DNA of 42,773 nucleotides from a virus, in UHGV virus genome UHGV-0008253. One strand, written 5' to 3'. The position numbers and the translations under genes were made by a program. This document shows, piece by piece, positions 27,925 through 35,585 of the stretch (positions are counted from its first letter, which is position 1; every line of letters starts with the position of its first letter). The notes under the pieces are model-generated. The model was not told the DNA's origin. It saw only the letters and a list, made by a program, of their open reading frames with translations, and ran no database searches.

Positions 27925-29723
27925 GTTACTTTGGCCTTAATCCAGTAAACCAGAATCAGCAGCTTGACGAAGCAGCATCAAATCCAGTTGGCTTTAACAG
28001 CGATGTTGGTTTTTTCGACAATGCTGTAGGAGCGGCATTGTCTGGTTTGTACTCCGGGCTGGTGGCAAAGCCAGATCAGTTGCTATGGGCAGGGATGGAT
28101 AAAATCGTATCCCCGATTGCTCAGCTTGTTAACGAAAACACCTCGCTCAATGACACTTCAGTTTCATACATTGCTGAGCAGAGAAAACTAGCAGAGCAGC
28201 AGGTTAAGCGGCTGACGCCTGATGCCGCGACAACCGGAACCGCCGGGCAGGTCCTTTATGGGTTGTTCGATATGGGCGGGCAGGCTGTTGTCGGTACAAC
28301 GCTCGGTGGTCCGGTCGGAGGTGCTGCGGCGGTAACTTCTCTACAGGGTTTTTCTGAGTTTGAACGGTTGACAGCACAGGGTGTTGATTTCAGGACGGCG
28401 CAGGAAGCGGGATTAGTGCAGGGTATTACTGCTGGTGCCGGAACACTGATCCCTATGAGCCTCGGGTTACGTGCTGGTGGTGCGCTGGCGGAAGGTGTGG
28501 CGGCTCAGCTTGCGCGGACGGGTGAAAGTTCAGTGCGACGCGCCGCAGCAACAGCAATACGTGCAACGCCAGATATTGCCTATGCCGCAGGTACAAATAT
28601 TGCGTTCGGTATGGCACAGCGTGGGCTTACTGCAAAAACGCTTCGTGATGGTGGCTATAGCGAAATGGCTAACCAGTATGATGTGTTGGATCGACAGGCA
28701 ATTGCTATTGATGCTGTTCTTGGGGTGGCGTTTGGTGGTGTCGGCAGATTTATTAACTCTCGCGGCGAGTCTACAAGCGCACCAAATTTTTCACCAGTTG
28801 ATATTGATGCTGCACTGGCGGCGAATGCCGCTCATCATGCTGAAATTGATATTGCTCCCGGCGTTCCGATCAACGTGCTTTCGCGTAATTCGCACATTCA
28901 GGCTCTGCGAAAAGCCATGTCTGATGTTAGCCAGGGGAGACCTGTAGACGTTGCCAGCATTGTTGAGTCTGCATCTTTCAGTGAAATTCCTGGGCGCAAG
29001 AGTCTGCTGTCTCAGGCAGTTAATGAGGCTCTGTCATCTGTAGATGATGGAGTAACGGCGCGCGCTATAGAAAATCGGTTGCTTGAAGAACAGGCCGCGC
29101 AGCTTTTGTCGCGTGGCGATAGAAAGGTTTACCAGTCTGAAATCGCTAATAGCCAACGAATTATTGAAAATCTCACTGAACAGCGCGCACAAATTCTTGC
29201 AGAAGAGCCAACCGGTAGCGGTAAGGCTTTATCTCGTGCTCGATCAGATAAACAGGCCAGACTTCGCGATATTGACCAACGAATCCGGCAGGCACAAGAA
29301 CGCCTGGAATTTTCTCGTAACGCGTTGGCGCCGCACGAGCCTGGAGGTCAGTTTTTTGAAGCTCGAGCAGAACTGGCACGACGACAGCAGGCAGAAAGTG
29401 AACTTAATGCTCAGGCTGTTTCATTCTATAAAACAGCAGAGGTCAGGACGCCAGAAGAAGTAGCTCCTTTTGAGCCCGGTAAGATATTGCAACAGACAGA
29501 ACAAAAAATGATGGCAGATCCGGCAGGAGATATTGATCTGCGCATAGCTGAAGACTCGCTGCTTGAATCACCTGACATGATAATCACCGTGCTGGATGAT
29601 GATGGTAATCCACAATCGCGCAGTGCGCGTGAAGCACTGGATGAAGCGAACAGGGAAAGTGAGCAGGCAATACAGGATTCCAGCCTGTTTGATGTCGCTG
29701 TGGCGTGTTTCTTGAGAGGTTAA
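27921..29723 (+). CDS. internal virion/ejection protein
   Basis: 600 aa, coupled. Confidence 0.5.
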   Translation: MSYFGLNPVNQNQQLDEAASNPVGFNSDVGFFDNAVGAALSGLYSGLVAKPDQLLWAGMDKIVSPIAQLVNENTSLNDTSVSYIAEQRKLAEQQVKRLTPDAATTGTAGQVLYGLFDMGGQAVVGTTLGGPVGGAAAVTSLQGFSEFERLTAQGVDFRTAQEAGLVQGITAGAGTLIPMSLGLRAGGALAEGVAAQLARTGESSVRRAAATAIRATPDIAYAAGTNIAFGMAQRGLTAKTLRDGGYSEMANQYDVLDRQAIAIDAVLGVAFGGVGRFINSRGESTSAPNFSPVDIDAALAANAAHHAEIDIAPGVPINVLSRNSHIQALRKAMSDVSQGRPVDVASIVESASFSEIPGRKSLLSQAVNEALSSVDDGVTARAIENRLLEEQAAQLLSRGDRKVYQSEIANSQRIIENLTEQRAQILAEEPTGSGKALSRARSDKQARLRDIDQRIRQAQERLEFSRNALAPHEPGGQFFEARAELARRQQAESELNAQAVSFYKTAEVRTPEEVAPFEPGKILQQTEQKMMADPAGDIDLRIAEDSLLESPDMIITVLDDDGNPQSRSAREALDEANRESEQAIQDSSLFDVAVACFLRG

Positions 29724-29728
29724 ATTAA

Positions 29729-32203
29729 ATGAGACAGGAATGTATACAAGCGGTTCAGCAGGCGGCGCAGCGCATGTTAACGGCGCGAGAAATACAGAAC
29801 ATTGAAGACCGCATTTATCGAAATATGCGCTCCATTGCTCGTGATGACCCTATGTCGTGGCGACAACTTTCCGAATCAGAGCGGCTATATCGAGCAGCAC
29901 AATTGGCATCTGAAGAATTACAGCGAGAAGCGGCATTAAAGAAACGTCGTGTGGCCCTCACTATAGCCGCACGTCAGAGATTGGATAAATTTATCAATAG
30001 CTATCAAGGGGCTGATGGGAAACTTGGCGCTCTTAACCGTACTATTGCTTTTAATGCAGACGGTAAATCGAATTTCCTCTCTGTTGAATCCAGAACAAAA
30101 GCCACTCGTGATTATGCATTGAGTCAATTGCAGGAGGCATTTGAAGCAGTTGATCCTCGCTTTTTTGGCCTGTTTGAAGATGAAGCTGGCGTGCGTGACC
30201 TGGTATATGAAATGCGAGGGCAAAATACTGGCAATGCTAAAGCAAGAAAAGGTGCTAAGGCGTGGAGAGAAGTGACAGAGCTACTGCGCCGCCGGTTTAA
30301 TGATGCTGGTGGGGACATTGGCTATCTCGAAAACTGGGGGCTCCCTCAACATCATTCTATGGAAAAGGTTGGGGCGGTATCAAAGGATAAGTGGGTTAGC
30401 GATGTTATAGGTAAGCTGGATCGCAAATATTATACCCGAGTCGATGGACAACTGATGAACGATGCCGAGTTGTCTGCATTTCTTGGAGAGGCTTATAACA
30501 CGATCGCTACTGGTGGGCTGAATAAGCTTACTGATACCGGAATGCGAATTTCCGGCGCACGTGCTAACCGGGGTAATGCATCACGACAGATACATTTCAA
30601 AGATGCAGATTCCTATCTGCAATATCAGCAACTTTATGGCGATCGCTCTCTATGGGAAATCATGGTCGGTCACCTGGAAGGTATCAGTAAAGATATTGCA
30701 CTGGTGGAAACATATGGCCCAAACCCCGATCATGTTTTCCGCTCTCTTCTTGATCAGGTGAAGGCAGAAACGGCAACAGCTAACCCGAGTAAAACCGGTA
30801 AAGTCGAGCGGCTGGCGAACAACACAGAGAATCTGTACAACTTTATTTCCGGAAAGACACAGCCTGTAGCGAATCCGCACATCGCGCGATGGTCTGACAA
30901 TATCCGCAACTGGCTGGTTGCCAGCAGACTCGGATCCGCGTTGCTGTCATCGTTCTCTGATCTTGGAACCATGTATCTGTCTGCGAAGGTTACCAACCTT
31001 CCAATGAACCAGTTATTCCGCAACCAGCTTGAAGCTATGGACCCAACGAACCGTACAGAACTTGCGCGGGCGCGCCGCGCTGGTCTGGCGATGGAATCTC
31101 TACTTGGCAGCGTTAACCGCTGGGCGATGGATAATATGGGGCCGTCTGTGTCTCGTTGGGCTGCAACGGTGGTAATGCGTGCCAGTGGGCTTACAGCATG
31201 GTCAGATGCGCACAAGCGCGCCTATGGCGTAACCATGATGGGAAGCCTGGGAGAAGTAGTGTCACGGACACCAGACCTTCGTAGCCTCGATGATTCTGAT
31301 TTTCGTATCCTGAAAAGCAAAGGGATTACTGACACAGACTGGAGCGTATGGAAGCTGGCGCAACAGGAGGACTGGGGGAACGGTAATAATACGATGCTGA
31401 CACCGGAAAGCATTATGCGTATCCCTGATTCAGCAGTTAAACATCTTGGTGAGCCTGAACGCGTGAAATTTGAGGCAATGCGTAAACTGCTCGGTGCCGT
31501 AACTGAAGAAGTTGATATGGCTGTTATTACACCGGGTGCACGTGAGCAACTGATAACCGGTTCTGGTATTCAGCGTGGAACATGGAAAGGTGAATTAACG
31601 AGAAGTGTTTTCCTGTTTAAATCGTTCCCTATCTCGGTGGTTATGCGTCACTGGTCACGCGCTATGGGTATGCCGTCGGCTGGTGGGCGTGCGGCATATA
31701 TTGCGACGTTTATTGCCAGTACGACCATTCTTGGCGCTTTGTCGCAGCAACTTAACGACCTTGCGTCTGGTCGTAATCCTCGCGAGATGACAGGAGAAGA
31801 TGCTGCTAAATTTTGGCTTGGTGCTCTACTGAAAGGTGGTGGTCTTGGCCTTTACGGTGACTTTTTATTGTCAGATCACACTAGGTACGGAAGCGGCGCG
31901 CTGGCGTCGATGCTTGGCCCGGTAGCTGGTCTGGTTGATGACGTAGTGAAGATTGCTCAGGGCATACCGTTAAATGCTGTGGAAGGGAAGAATGAGCAGA
32001 CTGGTGGTGATCTGGTTAAGCTGGGGAAAGGTCTGATGCCAGGTGCGAATCTCTGGTACTTAAAGGCGGCTCTCGATCACATGATCTTTAACCAGATGCA
32101 GGAGTATTTTTCACCAGGTTATTTGCGTAAAATGGAGCAACGTTCGAAGAAAGAGTTTAACCAGACATACTGGTGGCGACCACAGGATGTCACTCCGCAA
32201 TAA
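29729..32203 (+). CDS. large internal virion/ejection protein
   Basis: 824 aa, last gene before accessory island. Confidence 0.5.
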   Translation: MRQECIQAVQQAAQRMLTAREIQNIEDRIYRNMRSIARDDPMSWRQLSESERLYRAAQLASEELQREAALKKRRVALTIAARQRLDKFINSYQGADGKLGALNRTIAFNADGKSNFLSVESRTKATRDYALSQLQEAFEAVDPRFFGLFEDEAGVRDLVYEMRGQNTGNAKARKGAKAWREVTELLRRRFNDAGGDIGYLENWGLPQHHSMEKVGAVSKDKWVSDVIGKLDRKYYTRVDGQLMNDAELSAFLGEAYNTIATGGLNKLTDTGMRISGARANRGNASRQIHFKDADSYLQYQQLYGDRSLWEIMVGHLEGISKDIALVETYGPNPDHVFRSLLDQVKAETATANPSKTGKVERLANNTENLYNFISGKTQPVANPHIARWSDNIRNWLVASRLGSALLSSFSDLGTMYLSAKVTNLPMNQLFRNQLEAMDPTNRTELARARRAGLAMESLLGSVNRWAMDNMGPSVSRWAATVVMRASGLTAWSDAHKRAYGVTMMGSLGEVVSRTPDLRSLDDSDFRILKSKGITDTDWSVWKLAQQEDWGNGNNTMLTPESIMRIPDSAVKHLGEPERVKFEAMRKLLGAVTEEVDMAVITPGAREQLITGSGIQRGTWKGELTRSVFLFKSFPISVVMRHWSRAMGMPSAGGRAAYIATFIASTTILGALSQQLNDLASGRNPREMTGEDAAKFWLGALLKGGGLGLYGDFLLSDHTRYGSGALASMLGPVAGLVDDVVKIAQGIPLNAVEGKNEQTGGDLVKLGKGLMPGANLWYLKAALDHMIFNQMQEYFSPGYLRKMEQRSKKEFNQTYWWRPQDVTPQ

Positions 32204-32212
32204 GGAAGTGTT

Positions 32213-32386
32213 GTGTTTTTAATTATTTTGAGTGTGATAATTTCTGGTGGATTGTTATTTATTGACCGCTACAAATATTTTCTTAACCCTCAGACTCAAG
32301 CTATTTGCTGGTTCATCTTTGTTGTGCAGGGAGTAGTTCTTGTTGCAAGCCTTATTGAGGGGAGGCCTCTTATTTTTACTGGGTAA
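32213..32386 (+). CDS. possible 57-aa hydrophobic protein (GTG start)
   Basis: AAGGAAG SD 4 nt before GTG; two hydrophobic stretches; below ORF-track cutoff. Confidence 0.3.
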   Translation: MFLIILSVIISGGLLFIDRYKYFLNPQTQAICWFIFVVQGVVLVASLIEGRPLIFTG

Positions 32387-32399
32387 ATTAGGTGACTAC

Positions 32400-32696
32400 A
32401 TGCAAGCTATAGGATTCATTGTTTATATCGTCGTTGGTCTTTTTCAGTTGGCAGCAATTATGGCTGGGCTTGAATCATGGTGGGGATTGCACTGGATAAT
32501 TGCAGCCCCCATTGCTTTCATCGTGAGCTATATTCCATTTGTTGGAGCGATTGTTGGTATGGTTGGCGCTGTGGATGTATGGCGGTGGGAGTGGTGGCAG
32601 GCTGGCCTTCTCTTCTTTGGTGGGATCATCTTTGCTATTGTCTGCGGTGGAATGTCATCATTTTTCGAATGGCTATCATTCAGAAAAGGGACGTGA
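32400..32696 (+). CDS. small membrane protein (3 predicted TM helices)
   Basis: MQAIGFIVYIVVGLFQLAAIMAGL... hydrophobic throughout; own terminator downstream. Confidence 0.55.
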   Translation: MQAIGFIVYIVVGLFQLAAIMAGLESWWGLHWIIAAPIAFIVSYIPFVGAIVGMVGAVDVWRWEWWQAGLLFFGGIIFAIVCGGMSSFFEWLSFRKGT

Positions 32697-32704
32697 CATG
32701 TCAC
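32693..32704. repeat. perfect 12-bp palindrome GTGACATGTCAC (copy 2)
   Basis: identical to 12865-12876; overlaps TGA stop and directly abuts terminator hairpin. Confidence 0.6.
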
Positions 32705-32729
32705 AGGCCGCTTTCGCGGCCTTGTTTTT
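32705..32729 (+). terminator. rho-independent terminator
   Basis: hairpin aggccgc-tttc-gcggcct followed by tgttttta. Confidence 0.7.
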
Positions 32730-32889
32730 AACGAATGCCACCGCCGCCTGGGCGGGAATCCGCAGAACGCCCACCGCAGCGTGAGCCGTCAGCAGCAGTG
32801 TCGCTGTCGTGCTGACAACGACCGGCAAAGGCCTGAGTTGAAGCTACCAGAGACAACAAAACGAACAGTGCAGCAAATGCTTTTTTCAT
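32728..32889 (-). CDS. small secreted peptide (signal peptide MKKAFAALFVLLSLVASTQAFA + about 31-aa Gly/Arg/Cys-containing mature part)
   Basis: textbook signal peptide with AxA site; candidate TTGACG-N16-TATAGA promoter with very short leader. Confidence 0.45.
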   Translation of the reverse strand: MKKAFAALFVLLSLVASTQAFAGRCQHDSDTAADGSRCGGRSADSRPGGGGIR

Positions 32890-32961
32890 TGTGACATTTC
32901 CATCTATAAGCCACCTCAATGTGGCGTCAATGAGTGTAGCACTGACTTTTGTTTCGTCCAC

Positions 32962-32990
32962 AAAAAAGCCCGCAGCGCGGGCTATTCTTT
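32962..32990. terminator. bidirectional rho-independent terminator
   Basis: hairpin gcccgc-agc-gcgggc flanked by A6 upstream and tattctttttt downstream; overlaps stop of 288-aa gene. Confidence 0.7.
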
Positions 32991-33848
32991 TTTGCTATTT
33001 CTTTGATATATATTTCTTCCATTTTTGGTAACACGAATAACGTGCCCCCTGGATTCTACTTTGTTATTTGTTGCTTTATATACTTCAAAATCAAACCATG
33101 ATATATAACTTATTTCGTCAATAGACACCATGATCTCAAGTCCTAGCACTTTCTTTCTGCTAATTCCTCTTATTGCTGCAGTCCGCTTGACCTGTATTTC
33201 TCCTGGATAAGCATTAGTGAATGTGACAGATAAGTTTTCTTTGTTCCTGTATCCTGACATTAAAGGAACAAAAGATATGTGCTGATGCGGACCCTGATTT
33301 TCCGTTGGTTCACCAGAACCATTTATTATTCCAACATACACTTTGTTTGATGATAAAGTAATCAACATTGGTCGTTTAGGATCCGATTCAATAGCATCAA
33401 GCAATAGTAAGTCTAAAGAACCTTGCGAGTAAGTTTTTCGCAGTACTCTGGCCTTCATTGCCTCTGTTTTTTGCTCGTAAATATCACGTTTATAAAAACA
33501 ACCAAGAAGAAAATCTTTCACCCACACAACAGACACATAACACAAAGAGAAGCAAATGGATGTGGCTGAGAGAAGAAGCAGCCACATGTAAATTCTATCT
33601 GTTTCTGGTTTTGATGTTACATTAAAAGTTTCCACCATATCGTGAACTAGGTGAAAATCAGGCCATTTATATTTTATAGCGGCTGCAATTATTACTGATG
33701 CAACAAGGCAATATGTACCTAATGCAGCTACTTTCATATAAAGAAGCTGGCCTTCATGTCGGTATAAACGGAAATAATGATACTGGTTAGCGGTTATCAT
33801 AATATAACCACTAACCAGAATGGGGATAATTAGAAGAGCTAACAACAC
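32982..33848 (-). CDS. membrane-anchored protein of unknown function (3 N-terminal TM helices + about 170-aa soluble domain), low-GC moron
   Basis: hydrophobic segments at residues about 1-20, 39-58, 88-110; markedly AT-rich codon usage versus neighbours; coupled to upstream 69-aa gene. Confidence 0.6.
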   Translation of the reverse strand: MLLALLIIPILVSGYIMITANQYHYFRLYRHEGQLLYMKVAALGTYCLVASVIIAAAIKYKWPDFHLVHDMVETFNVTSKPETDRIYMWLLLLSATSICFSLCYVSVVWVKDFLLGCFYKRDIYEQKTEAMKARVLRKTYSQGSLDLLLLDAIESDPKRPMLITLSSNKVYVGIINGSGEPTENQGPHQHISFVPLMSGYRNKENLSVTFTNAYPGEIQVKRTAAIRGISRKKVLGLEIMVSIDEISYISWFDFEVYKATNNKVESRGHVIRVTKNGRNIYQRNSKKE

Positions 33849-34057
33849 TATTTCCTTACAGTGGCAAGATCCTGTTTAACAATTGCAGCAGCGAGACGAC
33901 GCATCTCCTTAACCTCAGGAAGCTCAGAAATTTGCTGTGATGAGATATATACTCCACCACGCTTGTTAACCTGCGCTGACGCCGGAACTTCTGCATTTTT
34001 TGCCTGAGGGCTGGGTGCATTATCCCTCGTTTTTGTACGAGCGAACCAAAATCCCAT
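33848..34057 (-). CDS. small protein of unknown function, first gene of two-gene cassette
   Basis: ATG at 34057 preceded by strong SD GAGGAGGAG; stop overlaps start of 288-aa gene. Confidence 0.55.
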   Translation of the reverse strand: MGFWFARTKTRDNAPSPQAKNAEVPASAQVNKRGGVYISSQQISELPEVKEMRRLAAAIVKQDLATVRK

Positions 34058-34083
34058 ATCTCCTCCTCATGTAAACCCATGGT

Positions 34084-34098
34084 TTACCTTTAAGGTAA
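34084..34098. promoter_or_regulatory. operator palindrome TTACCtttaaGGTAA at promoter of 69-aa/288-aa cassette
   Basis: perfect TTACC-N5-GGTAA 27 bp upstream of start codon. Confidence 0.6.
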
Positions 34099-34164
34099 TC
34101 TTACGTGAATCTACATCACACCGCAAATGATTATGTCAGAAGCACATCCCTGTGCCGCCGCCCG

Positions 34165-34815
34165 TCAGAAGAACCCTGCCTTGTCGTTGATGTACTCCGC
34201 GTGGGTCTGGATATCACGCAGGCATTTGCTCACACCGACGATGTAGCAGAACATGGTGGTCAGCTCCGCCGCCGCGCCCGATACGTCGTGCCCGTCGTCC
34301 TGTAACTGGTTCAGCAGATTCATCAGCAGTGAGTTCTCCGTCAGGCCGAGAACACCAGACGGCGAATGAATCAGGCTACGGTAGCCGGGCTTCAGTGGGG
34401 CACTGTATTCTTTTTTGTCTTCCAGCTTGATCGCCTCCATAATGGCGGGCATGAAGCCTGACAAGACCTTCTCCACTTTTGTTTCTTGTTGTCTTAAACG
34501 TTTCTCGCATTCAATGAAGTAGCGTCGTACCTGACGACCTTTTTCGTTACGCTCGACCATCGCCAGCTCTTTGGCTGTATCGAGGGTGAGGTGGTAGTCT
34601 TTTGCAGGACGGCCTCTGCCTATTTTTTCCCGAACTTGGGAAATAATCATAAAGTCTTGATTTTCAACGAAACCATATTCAGAAATTCGTTCGACAATCC
34701 ACGAAGCAAATCGCTTACCCACATCGAGGAAAGTGTGTAAATCACGGGCATTAACGAGAAGAGCGGTTTCGTTGGATATAGTGCCGTTGAATACGGGGAT
34801 GAGTTGAGCGTTCAT
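34165..34815 (-). CDS. antirepressor (AntA/Bro-N-like N-terminal domain + C-terminal domain shared with 85-aa protein)
   Basis: N-terminus LIPVFNGTISNETALLVNARDLHTFLDVGKRFASWIVE resembles AntA-type antirepressors; C-terminus about 40 percent identical to 35133-35390 product. Confidence 0.65.
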   Translation of the reverse strand: MNAQLIPVFNGTISNETALLVNARDLHTFLDVGKRFASWIVERISEYGFVENQDFMIISQVREKIGRGRPAKDYHLTLDTAKELAMVERNEKGRQVRRYFIECEKRLRQQETKVEKVLSGFMPAIMEAIKLEDKKEYSAPLKPGYRSLIHSPSGVLGLTENSLLMNLLNQLQDDGHDVSGAAAELTTMFCYIVGVSKCLRDIQTHAEYINDKAGFF

Positions 34816-34973
34816 TATGGCGTCTCCACTTAGCGAATTACATCACCACCGCTGAGACCAATCAGATGGTGGTGAACTGAACGGAGTTGGTCTTACCGGC
34901 CTAAGTGGTACCGGCGTCCTTTCGGACCCCCATTCAGCCCACCATAATTCTGGCATGACTGTGCTATACGCAT

Positions 34974-35095
34974 AAAAAAACCACGTCTGGCGTGGTATGC
35001 GCCACTTAGTAATCCGGGAGACCAATCCCGGCACTGGATTTTGCCAGTGCCCGATTACTATGGCACAAGAGGAGTGCGATGTAAATTTACCTCAA
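34974..35095 (-). ncRNA. candidate small RNA / structured ant leader ending in intrinsic terminator
   Basis: candidate promoter -35 TTGAAA (35124-35129), -10 TTATAT (35102-35107), operator over +1; three stem-loops (ggcactgg/ccagtgcc, ccggga/tcccgg, ccacg/cgtgg) then U7. Confidence 0.4.
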
Positions 35096-35101
35096 AGGTA
35101 A
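35087..35101. promoter_or_regulatory. operator palindrome TTACCtcaaaGGTAA at candidate ant/sRNA promoter
   Basis: perfect TTACC-N5-GGTAA abutting candidate -10. Confidence 0.6.
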
Positions 35102-35132
35102 ATATAAGCACTCCACTTGGTAATTTCAAATC

Positions 35133-35390
35133 TTATCTGGTTTGTTTTCGTAATTGTTCGGCACAATAGTCGAGATGTGTTTGCAGATCCTGCATAGACA
35201 TCTGTGAGCTGGTGACGTAGTTAATCAGTGCAGTCAGTTCGGCAAGTGGGCCATCGACATTAAATCCATCCTTATCGAGATCCCGGAGTAATTTCATCAA
35301 GTGCGATCCCTCCACCAGTGACCTGACGCCTCCCGGCGTGTGAATCCTTTCGGTAAATCCGTCTTCCAGTGGATAGTGATACTGCTGCAT
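35133..35390 (-). CDS. small antirepressor-like protein (stand-alone homolog of Ant C-terminal domain), LexA-box controlled
   Basis: 85 aa from ATG 35390 with GGAGAAG SD; IHTPGGV...LMKLL...DG..V.G.LAELT...DLQTH aligns to Ant C-terminus; LexA box 19 nt upstream. Confidence 0.6.
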   Translation of the reverse strand: MQQYHYPLEDGFTERIHTPGGVRSLVEGSHLMKLLRDLDKDGFNVDGPLAELTALINYVTSSQMSMQDLQTHLDYCAEQLRKQTR

Positions 35391-35409
35391 CTTATCTTCT
35401 CCATGCAAT

Positions 35410-35429
35410 AACTGTATATTTATACAGTA
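35410..35429. promoter_or_regulatory. LexA box (SOS operator) AACTGTATATTTATACAGTA
   Basis: CTGT-N8-ACAG with AT-rich spacer, 18/20 match to consensus TACTGTATATATATACAGTA. Confidence 0.75.
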
Positions 35430-35466
35430 GCAAATAATTTGTTTGCTATCCAGCACGTTTTGCAAA

Positions 35467-35481
35467 TTACCTGAAAGGTAA
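35467..35481. promoter_or_regulatory. operator palindrome TTACCtgaaaGGTAA between LexA-box gene and tailspike
   Basis: perfect TTACC-N5-GGTAA. Confidence 0.6.
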
Positions 35482-35585
35482 TATCTATTCGTATTTACAG
35501 CCTTTCTATCCATATGTGGTTTTCCAGGTAATAGAATAACCAGATATGCGGCGCAACGGGTGCTGCGACTATCTGGAGATTTAAC

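Noticed and set aside
28471-28947. 158-aa alternative-frame ORF inside ejection-protein gene
   Set aside because: Same-strand overlap within a long well-supported gene; no independent signals.
34816-34973. Second promoter directly upstream of ant (TGTAAT -10)
   Set aside because: No convincing -35 at correct spacing; not claimed.
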